Source: Candidatus Deferrimicrobiaceae bacterium
GTDB taxonomy: Bacteria > Desulfobacterota > Deferrimicrobia > Deferrimicrobiales > Deferrimicrobiaceae
Assembly: GCA_963792415.1 (NCBI GenBank)
Contig: CAWBVY010000006.1
Span: forward strand, 576,001 to 640,000
DNA length: 64,000 bases
Direction of reading: 5' to 3'
Shown here: positions 20,358 through 29,664 of the stretch, in pieces
Numbering within the stretch: position 1 is the stretch's first letter
Layout: every line of letters begins with the position of its first letter
Translations under genes and position numbers: made by a program
Notes under the pieces: model-generated
Told to the model about the DNA's origin: nothing
Database searches by the model: none
Seen by the model: only the letters and a program-made list of their open reading frames with translations

Positions 20358-21752
20358 TTACCTTTCCCCCATCACGGCCACCCAACAGGCTCCTTCCCCG
20401 ACGTCGATCAAGGGAGCCATCTTCCTGCTGACGAGGCCGAGGACCGCCACCGCCTTCCTTTCCGGGAGGACCAAGTAGAGGCTGTTTTCATCCCCGTCGA
20501 TCGTCATGTGGGATGTTCCTCCCCCGGCCGGAATGGAGTCCACGGGGAAAAGGGAAAATGGGTCGAGGATCTCCAGGGCGTCCGGCTTCCTGCCGACATA
20601 CAGGAGGTCGGTCCGCTCGTCCACCTTGACCGCGGTCATCCCGGCCCCGACAAAGACCCGCTTCACGGAAAGCGAGGACGGATCGATGACGGTCATGTAG
20701 GGGGACTGTTCATGGATCACGTAAAGCCGGTCCCCCTTCCGGTTGAACTGCCCCCTCAGGGGTCCCGGCAAGGTCGTGATGGTCGCCGCGAGGGACCGGG
20801 AGACGACGTCGATCACGGAGATCGTGTTGGAGAGGGTGTTGAAAACGTACGCCCGTTTCCCGTCGCGGCCCATCAGAACCGAGTTCGGGCCTTTCCCCAC
20901 CGGGATCCGGTTCCTTTCGATCAGGGAGGCGGTGTCGACGACGCTCACCGAGTCCGAACCGGAGTTGGCGGTGAGAAGGATCGAGCCATCCCCGGAAAGC
21001 GCCGGCTCCTGCGGATGGTCGCCGGTCTGGAGTCGTAAACGGTTTACGACGTCCCACGCTTCCGTATCCACCACTTCGATGGTGTCGTCCCCCGCGAGAG
21101 TCACATAAGCCCTCCGCGACCGTTGGTTCAGTGCGATCCCGCTGGGCCCCCTCCCTGTGGCGATCACCCCGACGACCTGCCCCTCCTTTTTATCGAAGAC
21201 CGTGACGTTGTTGGATCCGGAATTGGCCGCGTACCCTAAGAGGCCTACGGGGGGCCGGTCGGGGACGAAGATGGAAAAGGCGGGGGAAAAACGGTACCGG
21301 TCCCCGGCCGATTTTCTGTAGTCGAGACCCAGTGAGAGAAGGAGCGCCTTTCTCCTGGCGACCTGGAAGGGAAAGCCGATCGTTACGGGCTCTTCCGGGA
21401 CCAGGAGGGCGGCTGTACCCTCCTCCCCTTTGAGAGAAGCGTTCTTAATCTTGAACGAAAGCCCGGTGTACCTCCCGGGGGGCAAATTGCCCGATGCGAG
21501 GAACCGCTGTCTTTGGAGTTTCCCCCCTCGCATCTCCGCCAGGTACAGGGTGAGTGGGTAGGAGCCCCCCCCCTCCTTCACCGCCGAGATCCCCTCCAGG
21601 GTGAAGGCCAGAGGCTCCGCCTCCTGCGGCAGGGGGCGGAGGTAAACGAGCAACTCCCCTTCCTCTTCCAGAGCCGGTTTCACCAGGACGGATTTCGCCT
21701 GGCAACCGGAGAATATCGCCAACGTGAGAATGGCAATGCAGAGACGCTTCAA
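20358..21752 (-). CDS. YVTN/YncE beta-propeller lipoprotein (OscD-like)
   Basis: FSGC lipobox; YAANSGSNNVTVFD, YVTLAGDDTIEVVD and YVFNTLSNTISVID repeats. Confidence 0.85.
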   Translation of the reverse strand: MKRLCIAILTLAIFSGCQAKSVLVKPALEEEGELLVYLRPLPQEAEPLAFTLEGISAVKEGGGSYPLTLYLAEMRGGKLQRQRFLASGNLPPGRYTGLSFKIKNASLKGEEGTAALLVPEEPVTIGFPFQVARRKALLLSLGLDYRKSAGDRYRFSPAFSIFVPDRPPVGLLGYAANSGSNNVTVFDKKEGQVVGVIATGRGPSGIALNQRSRRAYVTLAGDDTIEVVDTEAWDVVNRLRLQTGDHPQEPALSGDGSILLTANSGSDSVSVVDTASLIERNRIPVGKGPNSVLMGRDGKRAYVFNTLSNTISVIDVVSRSLAATITTLPGPLRGQFNRKGDRLYVIHEQSPYMTVIDPSSLSVKRVFVGAGMTAVKVDERTDLLYVGRKPDALEILDPFSLFPVDSIPAGGGTSHMTIDGDENSLYLVLPERKAVAVLGLVSRKMAPLIDVGEGACWVAVMGER

Positions 21753-21870
21753 GAGGCCCCTTCCCTTCTCCTGTCCCCGGCGGAAATCCACGAAAGGACA
21801 GATCCATTGCCATGGCGTTGCGACCTATGCACTTCTATCAGAACTTCGTCCGAGGCTCAACAATGAGGAA

Positions 21871-21893
21871 GGGCCGGCAGTTCCTGCCGGCCC
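21871..21893 (-). terminator. Strong hairpin downstream of omcS (partial terminator or mRNA stabiliser)
   Basis: gggccggcag-ttc-ctgccggccc perfect 10-bp stem with only a weak U tract. Confidence 0.6.
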
Positions 21894-21947
21894 CTCCCCT
21901 TGCTTCACCCAGCGAGGGAGAATACCCCCCTCGCTATATTTCCCCGA

Positions 21948-23204
21948 TCAGTCTTTCGCGTGGCACTTGTTGCAGAGGGACCGCTGGTACGAGCCGTAGT
22001 GCATCGTCGTGTCGTTGTACGCCTTCGTCGTCTCCGCCACCGTGCGGCCCTGGGCGTACTTCGCCGACGCCGCTATCGTAGATGGGGAGTCCGTCCCGGG
22101 CCACACGCCGTCGACGGCGATGAATTCATTCCCGGTGGCGTTCCACCGCGCCATGTAGTCCCATCCGGTGGCGTGCGCCCGGTGGCACGACAGGCACATC
22201 ACCCTGTCGCTGGTCGCCGGGCCGGTGGTTACCGTGGTCGGATTCGCGAGGGTTTTGAGAGTTGTATAATTGCTGGTGTTGTTCGACTGGAAGGGAACGA
22301 TCGAATCGTAGGATGTCGCTACGGTTCCCGTCATGTCGCCGCTGCCTTTATACGCGTTGTAGTTGGCCACTACAGCGGCACTCAGCCCCTGGTTGACGGG
22401 GTGCGTCATTTTGGAAGAGGTCCCGCTGTGCATATCGGGATGGCAGGCCGCGCACCAGTCGGAAGTTCCAGCGCCATACGCAACACGGGTGGCCGAGACC
22501 GCCTCGGTACGATTGTACGTGGACGGCGAGGAGGCGTTGAAAACGGCGGAAAAAGTCTTGCCGCCCGGACCGGCCGTGGAACCGTCCCCGCGCAGGATCC
22601 GGTACGCGCCGACTGCCTGGCCGGCCGCGGGTTCCACGCTGTTCCAGTAGGAGCCGGAGGCGATGATGGGGCCGCCGGTCACGCCGAACGTGGGAGCGGC
22701 ATCGGTCCCCGTTCTCCGCAGCTTGCCGTGCTGGTCGTGGCAGCTGGTGCAGCTGAACAAGGTCGAATCCATGTCCCCGCCCGGAGCGGTCGTGTTCTGG
22801 ACGTCCGCAATATAACCGAAATCGGCCGCGATGATGTTGTGTCCCTTCTTTTCGGCGAAACTGGTCTCGGTGGTTCCAGAGCGCGGAGACCAGGTGTACC
22901 CTTTCTTCAGCCACCCGAAATCACCGCCCGGGGTCCGGTTTCCCGGAGGGGTCCCGACGGGCATGTCCGCATCGGGGGTCGCGATGTGGTAGCTGGAGGC
23001 ACCGGACGCTCCGTGGCAGCTGAGGCAGGTGGAGCTGGCGTCTGTATTCGCCAGGAGAGACGATGTCGATTTCGCATCGTGGATGTTGTGGCACCCCATG
23101 CACTCGGCGACGCCGCCCGAATGGAAGGCGAGCGCCATCCCGCTGAGCCCCACGGTGATCAGGGCCGCGGCAAAGACGATAAAACCGATTCGTAAGCCTT
23201 TCAT
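21948..23204 (-). CDS. omcS: OmcS-family hexaheme nanowire cytochrome
   Basis: Signal peptide then FHSGGVAECMGCH; TPGGDFGWLKK, GHNI, six CxxCH, C-terminal YQRSLCNKCHAKD. Confidence 0.92.
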   Translation of the reverse strand: MKGLRIGFIVFAAALITVGLSGMALAFHSGGVAECMGCHNIHDAKSTSSLLANTDASSTCLSCHGASGASSYHIATPDADMPVGTPPGNRTPGGDFGWLKKGYTWSPRSGTTETSFAEKKGHNIIAADFGYIADVQNTTAPGGDMDSTLFSCTSCHDQHGKLRRTGTDAAPTFGVTGGPIIASGSYWNSVEPAAGQAVGAYRILRGDGSTAGPGGKTFSAVFNASSPSTYNRTEAVSATRVAYGAGTSDWCAACHPDMHSGTSSKMTHPVNQGLSAAVVANYNAYKGSGDMTGTVATSYDSIVPFQSNNTSNYTTLKTLANPTTVTTGPATSDRVMCLSCHRAHATGWDYMARWNATGNEFIAVDGVWPGTDSPSTIAASAKYAQGRTVAETTKAYNDTTMHYGSYQRSLCNKCHAKD

Positions 23205-23222
23205 CAGATCCCCCTTTTTCCT

Positions 23223-23304
23223 CTCCGGCAGCCCGGCCATCCGTTGCACATGGATCCGTCGGCTTTGTGTCCCCGCCTTTCGGTCGGGTTTACCCTTTTC
23301 GGAG
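23223..23304 (-). promoter_or_regulatory. Cyclic di-GMP-I (GEMM-I) riboswitch in the omcS leader
   Basis: Minus strand CTCCGAAAAGGGTAAAC-CCGACC-GAAA-GGCGGG-GACACAAAGCC...GGATCC...GGATGGCCGGGCTGCCGGAG: GNRA loop, T-A covariation at 22/45, P1 CTCCG/CGGAG. Confidence 0.88.
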
Positions 23305-23438
23305 GATCGGTTTGTTGGTTGGTTCCCTGAAGCCCCTCGAAGAATTACTCTCCGGATTCCACTTCGCACTTTCTATCGCTTCTTCTCCCCACCCCCTTTC
23401 GGATAATTTCGCGCCCCGGCCTTCCCCCGCTTTGCGGA

Positions 23439-24389
23439 TCATTCGTAGGAGACCCGGAAGACGCTGATCCCTCTTTTCCTTGCCTGGCTGACGAACACGC
23501 GGCCGGCTTTATCGACCACCAATTCATTCGGGGCGATCAGGTCGCCCGGCCCGGTACCCCGTTGGCCGAACTGCGCCTGGAACTTGAACTCCTTGTCGAA
23601 AACCGACACCGCGGAGCGCAGGGTGTCAGTCACGTAGATATCCCCCCTGCCGTCGACCGCGATCCCCGACACGATGTTGAACCTCCCGGGGAGGTTGCCG
23701 GAGGTCCCGAACGAGGAGAGCCGTCTGTCGGGAGAGAGCTTGAAGACTTTGAACAGCGTGGGCACGGTAAAGAACAGGTTCCCCTCCGGGTCCACGGTGA
23801 TGCCGGCGATGTTGTATTCGGCCCCGGGTTTCTGCTCGAAATCGACAAGGAGGGGGGCGATGTCGAACCCCTCCTGAAAAACACCGCTTGCATCCGTCAC
23901 CACCACCTTCTTCGCGACCAGGTCCGCAAGGTACAGTTTCCCGTTCCCGGAAAGGAGCCTCCCGGGGAAGATCCGGTCGAACTCGCTGGGGAGATTCCGG
24001 ATTTCGATCCCGGCCTGCGGCTCCCCCCGGTAGTCGCACCGCGTCACCCGGAACCGGTCCCCCGCGCGGGAAAGGATGAGGATGTTGCCGTCGCTCTCGA
24101 CGGCAACATCGATGAAACCGCCGATATCCAGGTCATCCCCGAACCGGTACACCTCCATCCCGCTGCTGTTGAAGACCGCCACGGAGTCGCCGGTGACCAC
24201 GTAGATTTCGCCTCTCTCCGGGTCGATGGATTGCTTGACCCAACCATACGGAACGGTTCCTGAAAAATTCGAGAGGCTGTACAGATAGGTTGCTTTTACC
24301 CCTGCAACGGACGAGGAAGGAGCGCATATCAACAGCAGGAGCAGTGCCGCCGCGAGACCTCCGATCGATGAAGAGCGAACCCGTATCAT
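23439..24389 (-). CDS. Secreted NHL-repeat beta-propeller upstream of omcS
   Basis: Signal peptide; GIAVDGRGDIYVTDT and related NHL repeats. Confidence 0.85.
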   Translation of the reverse strand: MIRVRSSSIGGLAAALLLLLICAPSSSVAGVKATYLYSLSNFSGTVPYGWVKQSIDPERGEIYVVTGDSVAVFNSSGMEVYRFGDDLDIGGFIDVAVESDGNILILSRAGDRFRVTRCDYRGEPQAGIEIRNLPSEFDRIFPGRLLSGNGKLYLADLVAKKVVVTDASGVFQEGFDIAPLLVDFEQKPGAEYNIAGITVDPEGNLFFTVPTLFKVFKLSPDRRLSSFGTSGNLPGRFNIVSGIAVDGRGDIYVTDTLRSAVSVFDKEFKFQAQFGQRGTGPGDLIAPNELVVDKAGRVFVSQARKRGISVFRVSYE

Positions 24390-24401
24390 GCCGAAAGGCA
24401 G

Positions 24402-24417
24402 AGCAACAGGCATGCCA
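24402..24417 (-). promoter_or_regulatory. Sigma54 (-24/-12) promoter for the NHL-omcS operon
   Basis: Minus strand TGGCATGCCTGTTGCT, GG-N10-GC consensus. Confidence 0.75.
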
Positions 24418-24685
24418 GACCAATTCCAGGAAAAATGTCTTTAATAACAAAGAGGTATGGATTAAAGCCTTCGATCCTCCCGGTGCAATGGTGGATTCCC
24501 CGGGTTCCTTGTGGGGATATGACCACATCGGGAGCGCGGGTAGGGCGGGGGTTTCCGACGGGAAGCGCCCCATTGCGGGACCCGGCGGGACGGGTTGCCA
24601 TGCAGGCAGGAAATTTCCCTCAATAAAACGAGCCGCATTGCCGATATCTCCCCTTAGCGGATATGTGCCCGAATGGAGAAACATT

Positions 24686-25984
24686 GTGGCGTTAACATCC
24701 TGCCCCAGGGGTAGTTCCCTTGGTTTCTGGATCTTCCTTCTTGCCGCCGCTACGGTGGGAAATCCCGCTTCCGCCTTCCACTCGGGAGGGACCGGTGAAT
24801 GCACCGGGTGCCACGACATGCACCAGGCGCAATCGTCCCCGGAAGGGACGGATAACAATGTCGCGCTGCTGGCAGGGAAGGACCCGGGATCCGTCTGCCT
24901 GGAGTGTCACCAGAGGGCCGGACAGAAGCAGCCCGATTCCCACCTCGTGGCAACCGCAGACCCGGACATGCCCGCCGGAATGCCACCCGTTCAGCTCACA
25001 CCTGCAGGGGATTTCGGCTGGGTAAAGAAAAGTTACCGCTGGGGGACCGGGGGGGGGGAAGACGGAGGGTACAGCCCCGGAGAGCGTCACGGTCACAATA
25101 TCGTCGCGGACGGATACCGGTTCTCCCCCGACGCGGAACGGGTCACGGCTCCTGGAGGGACCTACCCGTCGATCAGCCTTTCCTGCATCAGCTGTCACGA
25201 CCCGCACGGGAAGTACAGGCGGTTTGCCGGCGGTTCCATCGGAACCGTGGGCGCACCGATCCAGGCATCGGGGTCCTACGACTCGAGCCCGGACCCTTCC
25301 GGGGACCGTTCCGTCGGGGTCTACAGGCTCCTCGGGGGGAAAGGGTACAGGACGTCCTTGTATGATGGCGAGCCATTCACCGCCGACCCTCCCTCCGCGG
25401 TATCCCCCGCGACGTACAACCGCAAGGAAGATGCGGGCGACACGCGGGTCGCCTACGGCGCCGGTTTCTCGGAGTGGTGCGCCAACTGCCATCCCCGGTT
25501 CCTGTCCGGCGGAGGCACGGGCGCGAAGAGCCACCCCGCGGGAACCACCGTAAAACTTTCGCGGAACGTAATCGCGAATTACAACTCCTACGTGGCCTCG
25601 GGGAATCTCTCGGGGAGCAGTTCCACGTCGTATACCTCCATGGTTCCGTTCGAGGCCGGTACGTCGGATTACGGGCTATTGAAAAGGATGGCGAAGAGCG
25701 ACGGATCCGCGGCCGCGGGTCCCGGGTCCCAGGCCAACGTGATGTGCCTCTCCTGCCACCGGGCCCACGCCTCCGGGTGGGACCACGGGGGCCGGTGGAA
25801 CCTGAAGTCGGAATTTCTCGTCTACAACGGGCAGTTCCCGGGAATCGACGACGGGACCGTGCCGGCAAGATTCTCCCAAGGGCGCACGGGCGCCGAAACC
25901 CGGAAGGCGTATTACGATCGACCGCCGACCGCCTATGCCACCTACCAGCGTTCGCTCTGCAACAAGTGCCACGCGAAGGATTGA
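24686..25984 (+). CDS. Second OmcS/OmcT-family hexaheme cytochrome, divergently transcribed
   Basis: GTG after GGAGA; ASA-FHSGGTGECTGCH, TPAGDFGWVKK, six CxxCH, YQRSLCNKCHAKD. Confidence 0.9.
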   Translation: MALTSCPRGSSLGFWIFLLAAATVGNPASAFHSGGTGECTGCHDMHQAQSSPEGTDNNVALLAGKDPGSVCLECHQRAGQKQPDSHLVATADPDMPAGMPPVQLTPAGDFGWVKKSYRWGTGGGEDGGYSPGERHGHNIVADGYRFSPDAERVTAPGGTYPSISLSCISCHDPHGKYRRFAGGSIGTVGAPIQASGSYDSSPDPSGDRSVGVYRLLGGKGYRTSLYDGEPFTADPPSAVSPATYNRKEDAGDTRVAYGAGFSEWCANCHPRFLSGGGTGAKSHPAGTTVKLSRNVIANYNSYVASGNLSGSSSTSYTSMVPFEAGTSDYGLLKRMAKSDGSAAAGPGSQANVMCLSCHRAHASGWDHGGRWNLKSEFLVYNGQFPGIDDGTVPARFSQGRTGAETRKAYYDRPPTAYATYQRSLCNKCHAKD

Positions 25985-26119
25985 CGCCGTGGATGGGGAA
26001 ATTCCCACCCAAGGTGGTGAATTCGCATGAATTCTTATATCGGAATTTATTACCGGGAAATTGCTCCGACCAGGAGATTGATAAAAAAGGGAAATTTCTC
26101 CCCCCGCCCGCTTTATTAA

Positions 26120-26135
26120 CGGTACCGAATTTGCA
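26120..26135 (+). promoter_or_regulatory. Probable sigma54 promoter for the REC-PilZ gene
   Basis: CGGTACCGAATTTGCA, GG-N10-GC, at the end of an AT-rich intergenic region. Confidence 0.55.
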
Positions 26136-26142
26136 TTCATTC

Positions 26143-26829
26143 ATGGACATGCCCCTGCAAATTCAGCCAAGAATCCTTGTCGTCGACGACGACAAGCTGA
26201 TTTGCTGGGCTCTTGAGAAGGAATTTGCAGGCTTGGGCCTTGTCACCCGGGTTGTCGAAAACGGGGAGGAGGCGCTCGCGGAACTTCGCAGGCAACCTTA
26301 CGACATCGTCTTCCTCGACATCCACCTTCCCGATGCGAACGGGATCGAACTCCTCCGCGACATCGATGCGATTTCCCGGGATGTGAAGATCATCCTCATG
26401 AGCGGCGACGCCACCGAGGCGAACCGGGAAAGAGCGTTCGCAAGCGGCGCGCTGCAATTCCTCGAAAAGCCGCTCGATCTCCCGGAAATCCACAGCATCC
26501 TGAAAAGCACCCTGGGAAAACACGCGCATAAGAGGAAACACCCGCGGCACATCTGCCGCATCCCGCTCCGAATCTCGGTCCTGGATCCTTCTCCCGAAGA
26601 AACCCAGTACGATCTAAAGAACCTGAACGGCACGGCGGCCGACTTCGGATCCGGGGGGCTGCGGCTTCACATGGAATATCCGCTGCGTGTGGGACAGCGT
26701 GTGCGCGCGCAGGCGGAAGCGGACAATGAACGGTTCAGGAGGTTCGTTCCCCCCGAATCCCCCGCACGGGTGGTATGGGTCACCCCGGCGCAGGATGGGG
26801 TCATGGCCGGTCTGCAGTTCGTGAACTGA
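26143..26829 (+). CDS. Response regulator, REC + PilZ domain
   Basis: ILVVDDD...FLDIHLPD...EKP, then RKHPR (RxxxR) and DFGSGG. Confidence 0.85.
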   Translation: MDMPLQIQPRILVVDDDKLICWALEKEFAGLGLVTRVVENGEEALAELRRQPYDIVFLDIHLPDANGIELLRDIDAISRDVKIILMSGDATEANRERAFASGALQFLEKPLDLPEIHSILKSTLGKHAHKRKHPRHICRIPLRISVLDPSPEETQYDLKNLNGTAADFGSGGLRLHMEYPLRVGQRVRAQAEADNERFRRFVPPESPARVVWVTPAQDGVMAGLQFVN

Positions 26830-26830
26830 T

Positions 26831-28219
26831 CTACTCCAGCCCGAACTTCTTCACCTGGTACCGCAGGGAGTCGTAGGTAATCCCGAGGAGCTTCGCCGCA
26901 AGCGTCTTGTTTCTCCCCGCTTTCTCGAGCGCCTGGAGGATCAGGGTCCTCTCCACCTCCTCCAGGGAGAGCCCCTTGTCGGGGATCGTCAGCCTCGGGG
27001 CTGCCTTCGTCTCGGCCTCCCCCTTGCAGTGCAGGATCTCCCCGGGAAGGTGTTCCGGCCGGACGATCTCGTCGCTTTCCAGGACGACGATCCGCTCGAC
27101 GACGTTCCGCAGTTCCCGGACATTCCCCGGCCAACGGTAGGCGACCAGCATCTCCTCCGCTTCGGGGGAGATATCCTTCAGCGCCATCTTGTTGTACTTC
27201 TCCGTGTAGCCCCGCAGGAAGTGTCGCGCGAGCAAGGGAATGTCCCCTTTCCTCTCCCGCAGCGGCGGCAGATGCAGTGAAAAAGCGGTGAGCCGGTAGT
27301 AGAGGTCGACGCGGAACTCTCCCGCCGCCACCGCCCCCTCGAGGTCCCGGTTCGTTGTGGCGAACACCGTGGCATCGATCGGAAAATCCTGTCGTCCTCC
27401 GATCCGCCGGAACTTCCGTTCCTCGATCACGCGGAGGAGCTTCGCCTGCAGGTCCAGACGCATCTCCCCGATCTCGTCGAGGAGGATCGAGCCGCCGTCC
27501 GCCTGCGCGAAGATCCCCTTCTTCTCGGTCTTGGCGTCCGTGAACGCCCCCTTCTCGTGTCCGAAAAGCTCGCTTTCGATCAACGGCTCCGGCAGGGCGG
27601 CGCAGTTGATCCCGAGGAACGGGGCGAAGGAGGCGAATTCGGACGGGTGCATCAGGTGGTGGATGTGCCGCGCGAAGACCTCCTTCCCGGTGCCGCTCTC
27701 GCCCGTGATGAGGACCAGTGGAACTCCGGCGTCGGCGAATTTTTTACACTTCTCCTTCAGCTTGTAGACCTTGTTCGTCTTCCCGATGATCTCCTGGTCG
27801 GCCAGGTTTAAACTGACCCTCCGGAGGTATTCGACCTCGAGCTTCAGGTTTCCTTTCTCGATGATCCGCCCGACGACGATCTTCACCTCGTCAAGGTTGA
27901 ACGGCTTCGTCAGGTAGTCGGCGGCGCCGATCTTCATCGCCTTGACAGCCGTTTCCGCCGTGTCGTCCGAAGTCAGCATCACCACCTGGGTGGAAATCCC
28001 CTGCCCGACGATCTCCCCGAGGATGTCGATTCCGTCCCGCCCCGGGAGTTTAATGTCGAGCAGCACGATGTCGGGGGAGAATGCCCGGATCCTGTCGAGG
28101 ACGCCCTCGGGGTCGCTCACCGCGTGGACGTCGTATCCGTCCCCGCGCAGCGCCCGCTCGAGCATGGAGACGATCAGTTCGTCGTCGTCCAGCAGGAAGA
28201 CTTTCCCCTTGGTCTTCAT
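26831..28219 (-). CDS. Sigma54-dependent response regulator (NtrC family)
   Basis: REC, GESGTGKE, ESELFGHEKGAFTDA, LLDEIGE, WPGNVREL, Fis-type HTH. Confidence 0.93.
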   Translation of the reverse strand: MKTKGKVFLLDDDELIVSMLERALRGDGYDVHAVSDPEGVLDRIRAFSPDIVLLDIKLPGRDGIDILGEIVGQGISTQVVMLTSDDTAETAVKAMKIGAADYLTKPFNLDEVKIVVGRIIEKGNLKLEVEYLRRVSLNLADQEIIGKTNKVYKLKEKCKKFADAGVPLVLITGESGTGKEVFARHIHHLMHPSEFASFAPFLGINCAALPEPLIESELFGHEKGAFTDAKTEKKGIFAQADGGSILLDEIGEMRLDLQAKLLRVIEERKFRRIGGRQDFPIDATVFATTNRDLEGAVAAGEFRVDLYYRLTAFSLHLPPLRERKGDIPLLARHFLRGYTEKYNKMALKDISPEAEEMLVAYRWPGNVRELRNVVERIVVLESDEIVRPEHLPGEILHCKGEAETKAAPRLTIPDKGLSLEEVERTLILQALEKAGRNKTLAAKLLGITYDSLRYQVKKFGLE

Positions 28220-29664
28220 CCCGCCGCCCCTTCCGCCTTGACGGGGAGCAGGATGGTGAACAGCACCCCACCGCCGGGCCGGTTCGCGACGGTGATCGTG
28301 CCGTCGTGCTGCTCGATCATCTGGTGGGAGAGCGCCAGCCCCAGCCCGGTCCCCTTCGGTTTTGTCGTGAAGAACGGCTGAAAGACCTTGCCGATGAGGT
28401 CTTCGCGGATCCCGCTCCCTGTGTCGGAAACCTCGATCCGGATCGTCTTTCCGTCCTCTTCCAGGCAGGTCCGGACGCCCAGCTTGCCTCCGCGGGGCAT
28501 CGCGTGAAGGGCGTTGAGGAACAGGTTCAGGAAGACCTGCTGCAGCAGGGTGGGGTCGGCCTGCATCGGAGGAAGTTCTCCAAACTCCTTTACGATCTCG
28601 ATATTCCCGGATCCGCCCGACCCGCCGGCCCGGTGCTTCAGGTGGAAGGCGAGGGTCGTGTTCAGCGTCTGGTTCACGTTGACCGGTTCCAGCCGAGGCT
28701 TCTGCGGCTTGGCGAAGTTGAGGAAGCTCTTCATCAATCCTTCCAGCTGGGTGATCTCGGCGACCACCTTCTGAAGGACCCCCTTGTCCTCCGGGGAGAT
28801 GTACGCTTCTTCGGAGAGGACGCTCATCGCGACCTTGATCCCCGCCATCGGGTTCTTGATCTCGTGGGCCAGCCCCGCCGCCAGCTCCCCGACCACCACC
28901 ATCTGCTCCGCCCGCTGCATCTTCTGCATCTGTTCCTTCAGGGAGAGGGACATTTCGTTGAATGCGTCGGCCAGTTCGCCGAATTCGTCCTTCAGGCGAG
29001 GAACCCGGTGGTCCAGTTCCCCTCCCTTCAATTTCCGGGTGGACTCGACCAGGACCTTGACGGGGCGGGTCAGCCCCGAGATGAAGACGAACCCAAACAA
29101 TGCCGAAACCAGGGGGCCCAGCGACACGAGCCCGTACAGGTAGTATTTCGTGCGCTCGATCTCGTTCATCGCTTTCTGCGTGCTTTCCCCGAGCCTGGAG
29201 GTGGTGAAGGCGATCACTTCACGGACGTCCTCGATCAACTGTTCCCCGATCCGGAAGGCGGCATCCTCCTCCGCAGCGCGCCTGGAGGCGTTCGCCCGGA
29301 TGGTCAACACCCTGCTCAGGGCGTCCTTGTATTTCTCCGTCTGCTGCTTCAACGCGCTCAGCCGCTCCATCCCTCGCGGGGAATGGTGGCAGTCGAAGCA
29401 GGTGTCGATGATTCTCCCCATGCCCCTGACGTGTTTTACGATGGTATCGAAGCTTCTTTCATACTGCGTATCCTTGAGCGTGAGATCCGCCTGCACTCTC
29501 TTGATCTCCAGCAGGTAGTGCTCCCGCAGGATCTCCACCTGGTGAAGCGTGATCAGCCGGTCCAGGCTGACCGTGGCGGTACGGATGGTGCGGATGACGT
29601 ACACGCCGACCAGGAGGAAGATGGCGGTGTAGATCGCCAGCCCGATGACGACCTTCCGTTTCAT
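28216..29664 (-). CDS. Sensor histidine kinase with a periplasmic haem-c motif and HAMP domain
   Basis: Two TMs flanking CFDCH; AHEIKNP; NLFLNA; DTGSGI; GTGLGL. Confidence 0.9.
   Translation of the reverse strand: MKRKVVIGLAIYTAIFLLVGVYVIRTIRTATVSLDRLITLHQVEILREHYLLEIKRVQADLTLKDTQYERSFDTIVKHVRGMGRIIDTCFDCHHSPRGMERLSALKQQTEKYKDALSRVLTIRANASRRAAEEDAAFRIGEQLIEDVREVIAFTTSRLGESTQKAMNEIERTKYYLYGLVSLGPLVSALFGFVFISGLTRPVKVLVESTRKLKGGELDHRVPRLKDEFGELADAFNEMSLSLKEQMQKMQRAEQMVVVGELAAGLAHEIKNPMAGIKVAMSVLSEEAYISPEDKGVLQKVVAEITQLEGLMKSFLNFAKPQKPRLEPVNVNQTLNTTLAFHLKHRAGGSGGSGNIEIVKEFGELPPMQADPTLLQQVFLNLFLNALHAMPRGGKLGVRTCLEEDGKTIRIEVSDTGSGIREDLIGKVFQPFFTTKPKGTGLGLALSHQMIEQHDGTITVANRPGGGVLFTILLPVKAEGAAG

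Noticed and set aside
24420-24685. Second GEMM riboswitch before the OmcS paralogue
   Set aside because: No GYAAAC...GACRCAAAG core on either strand.
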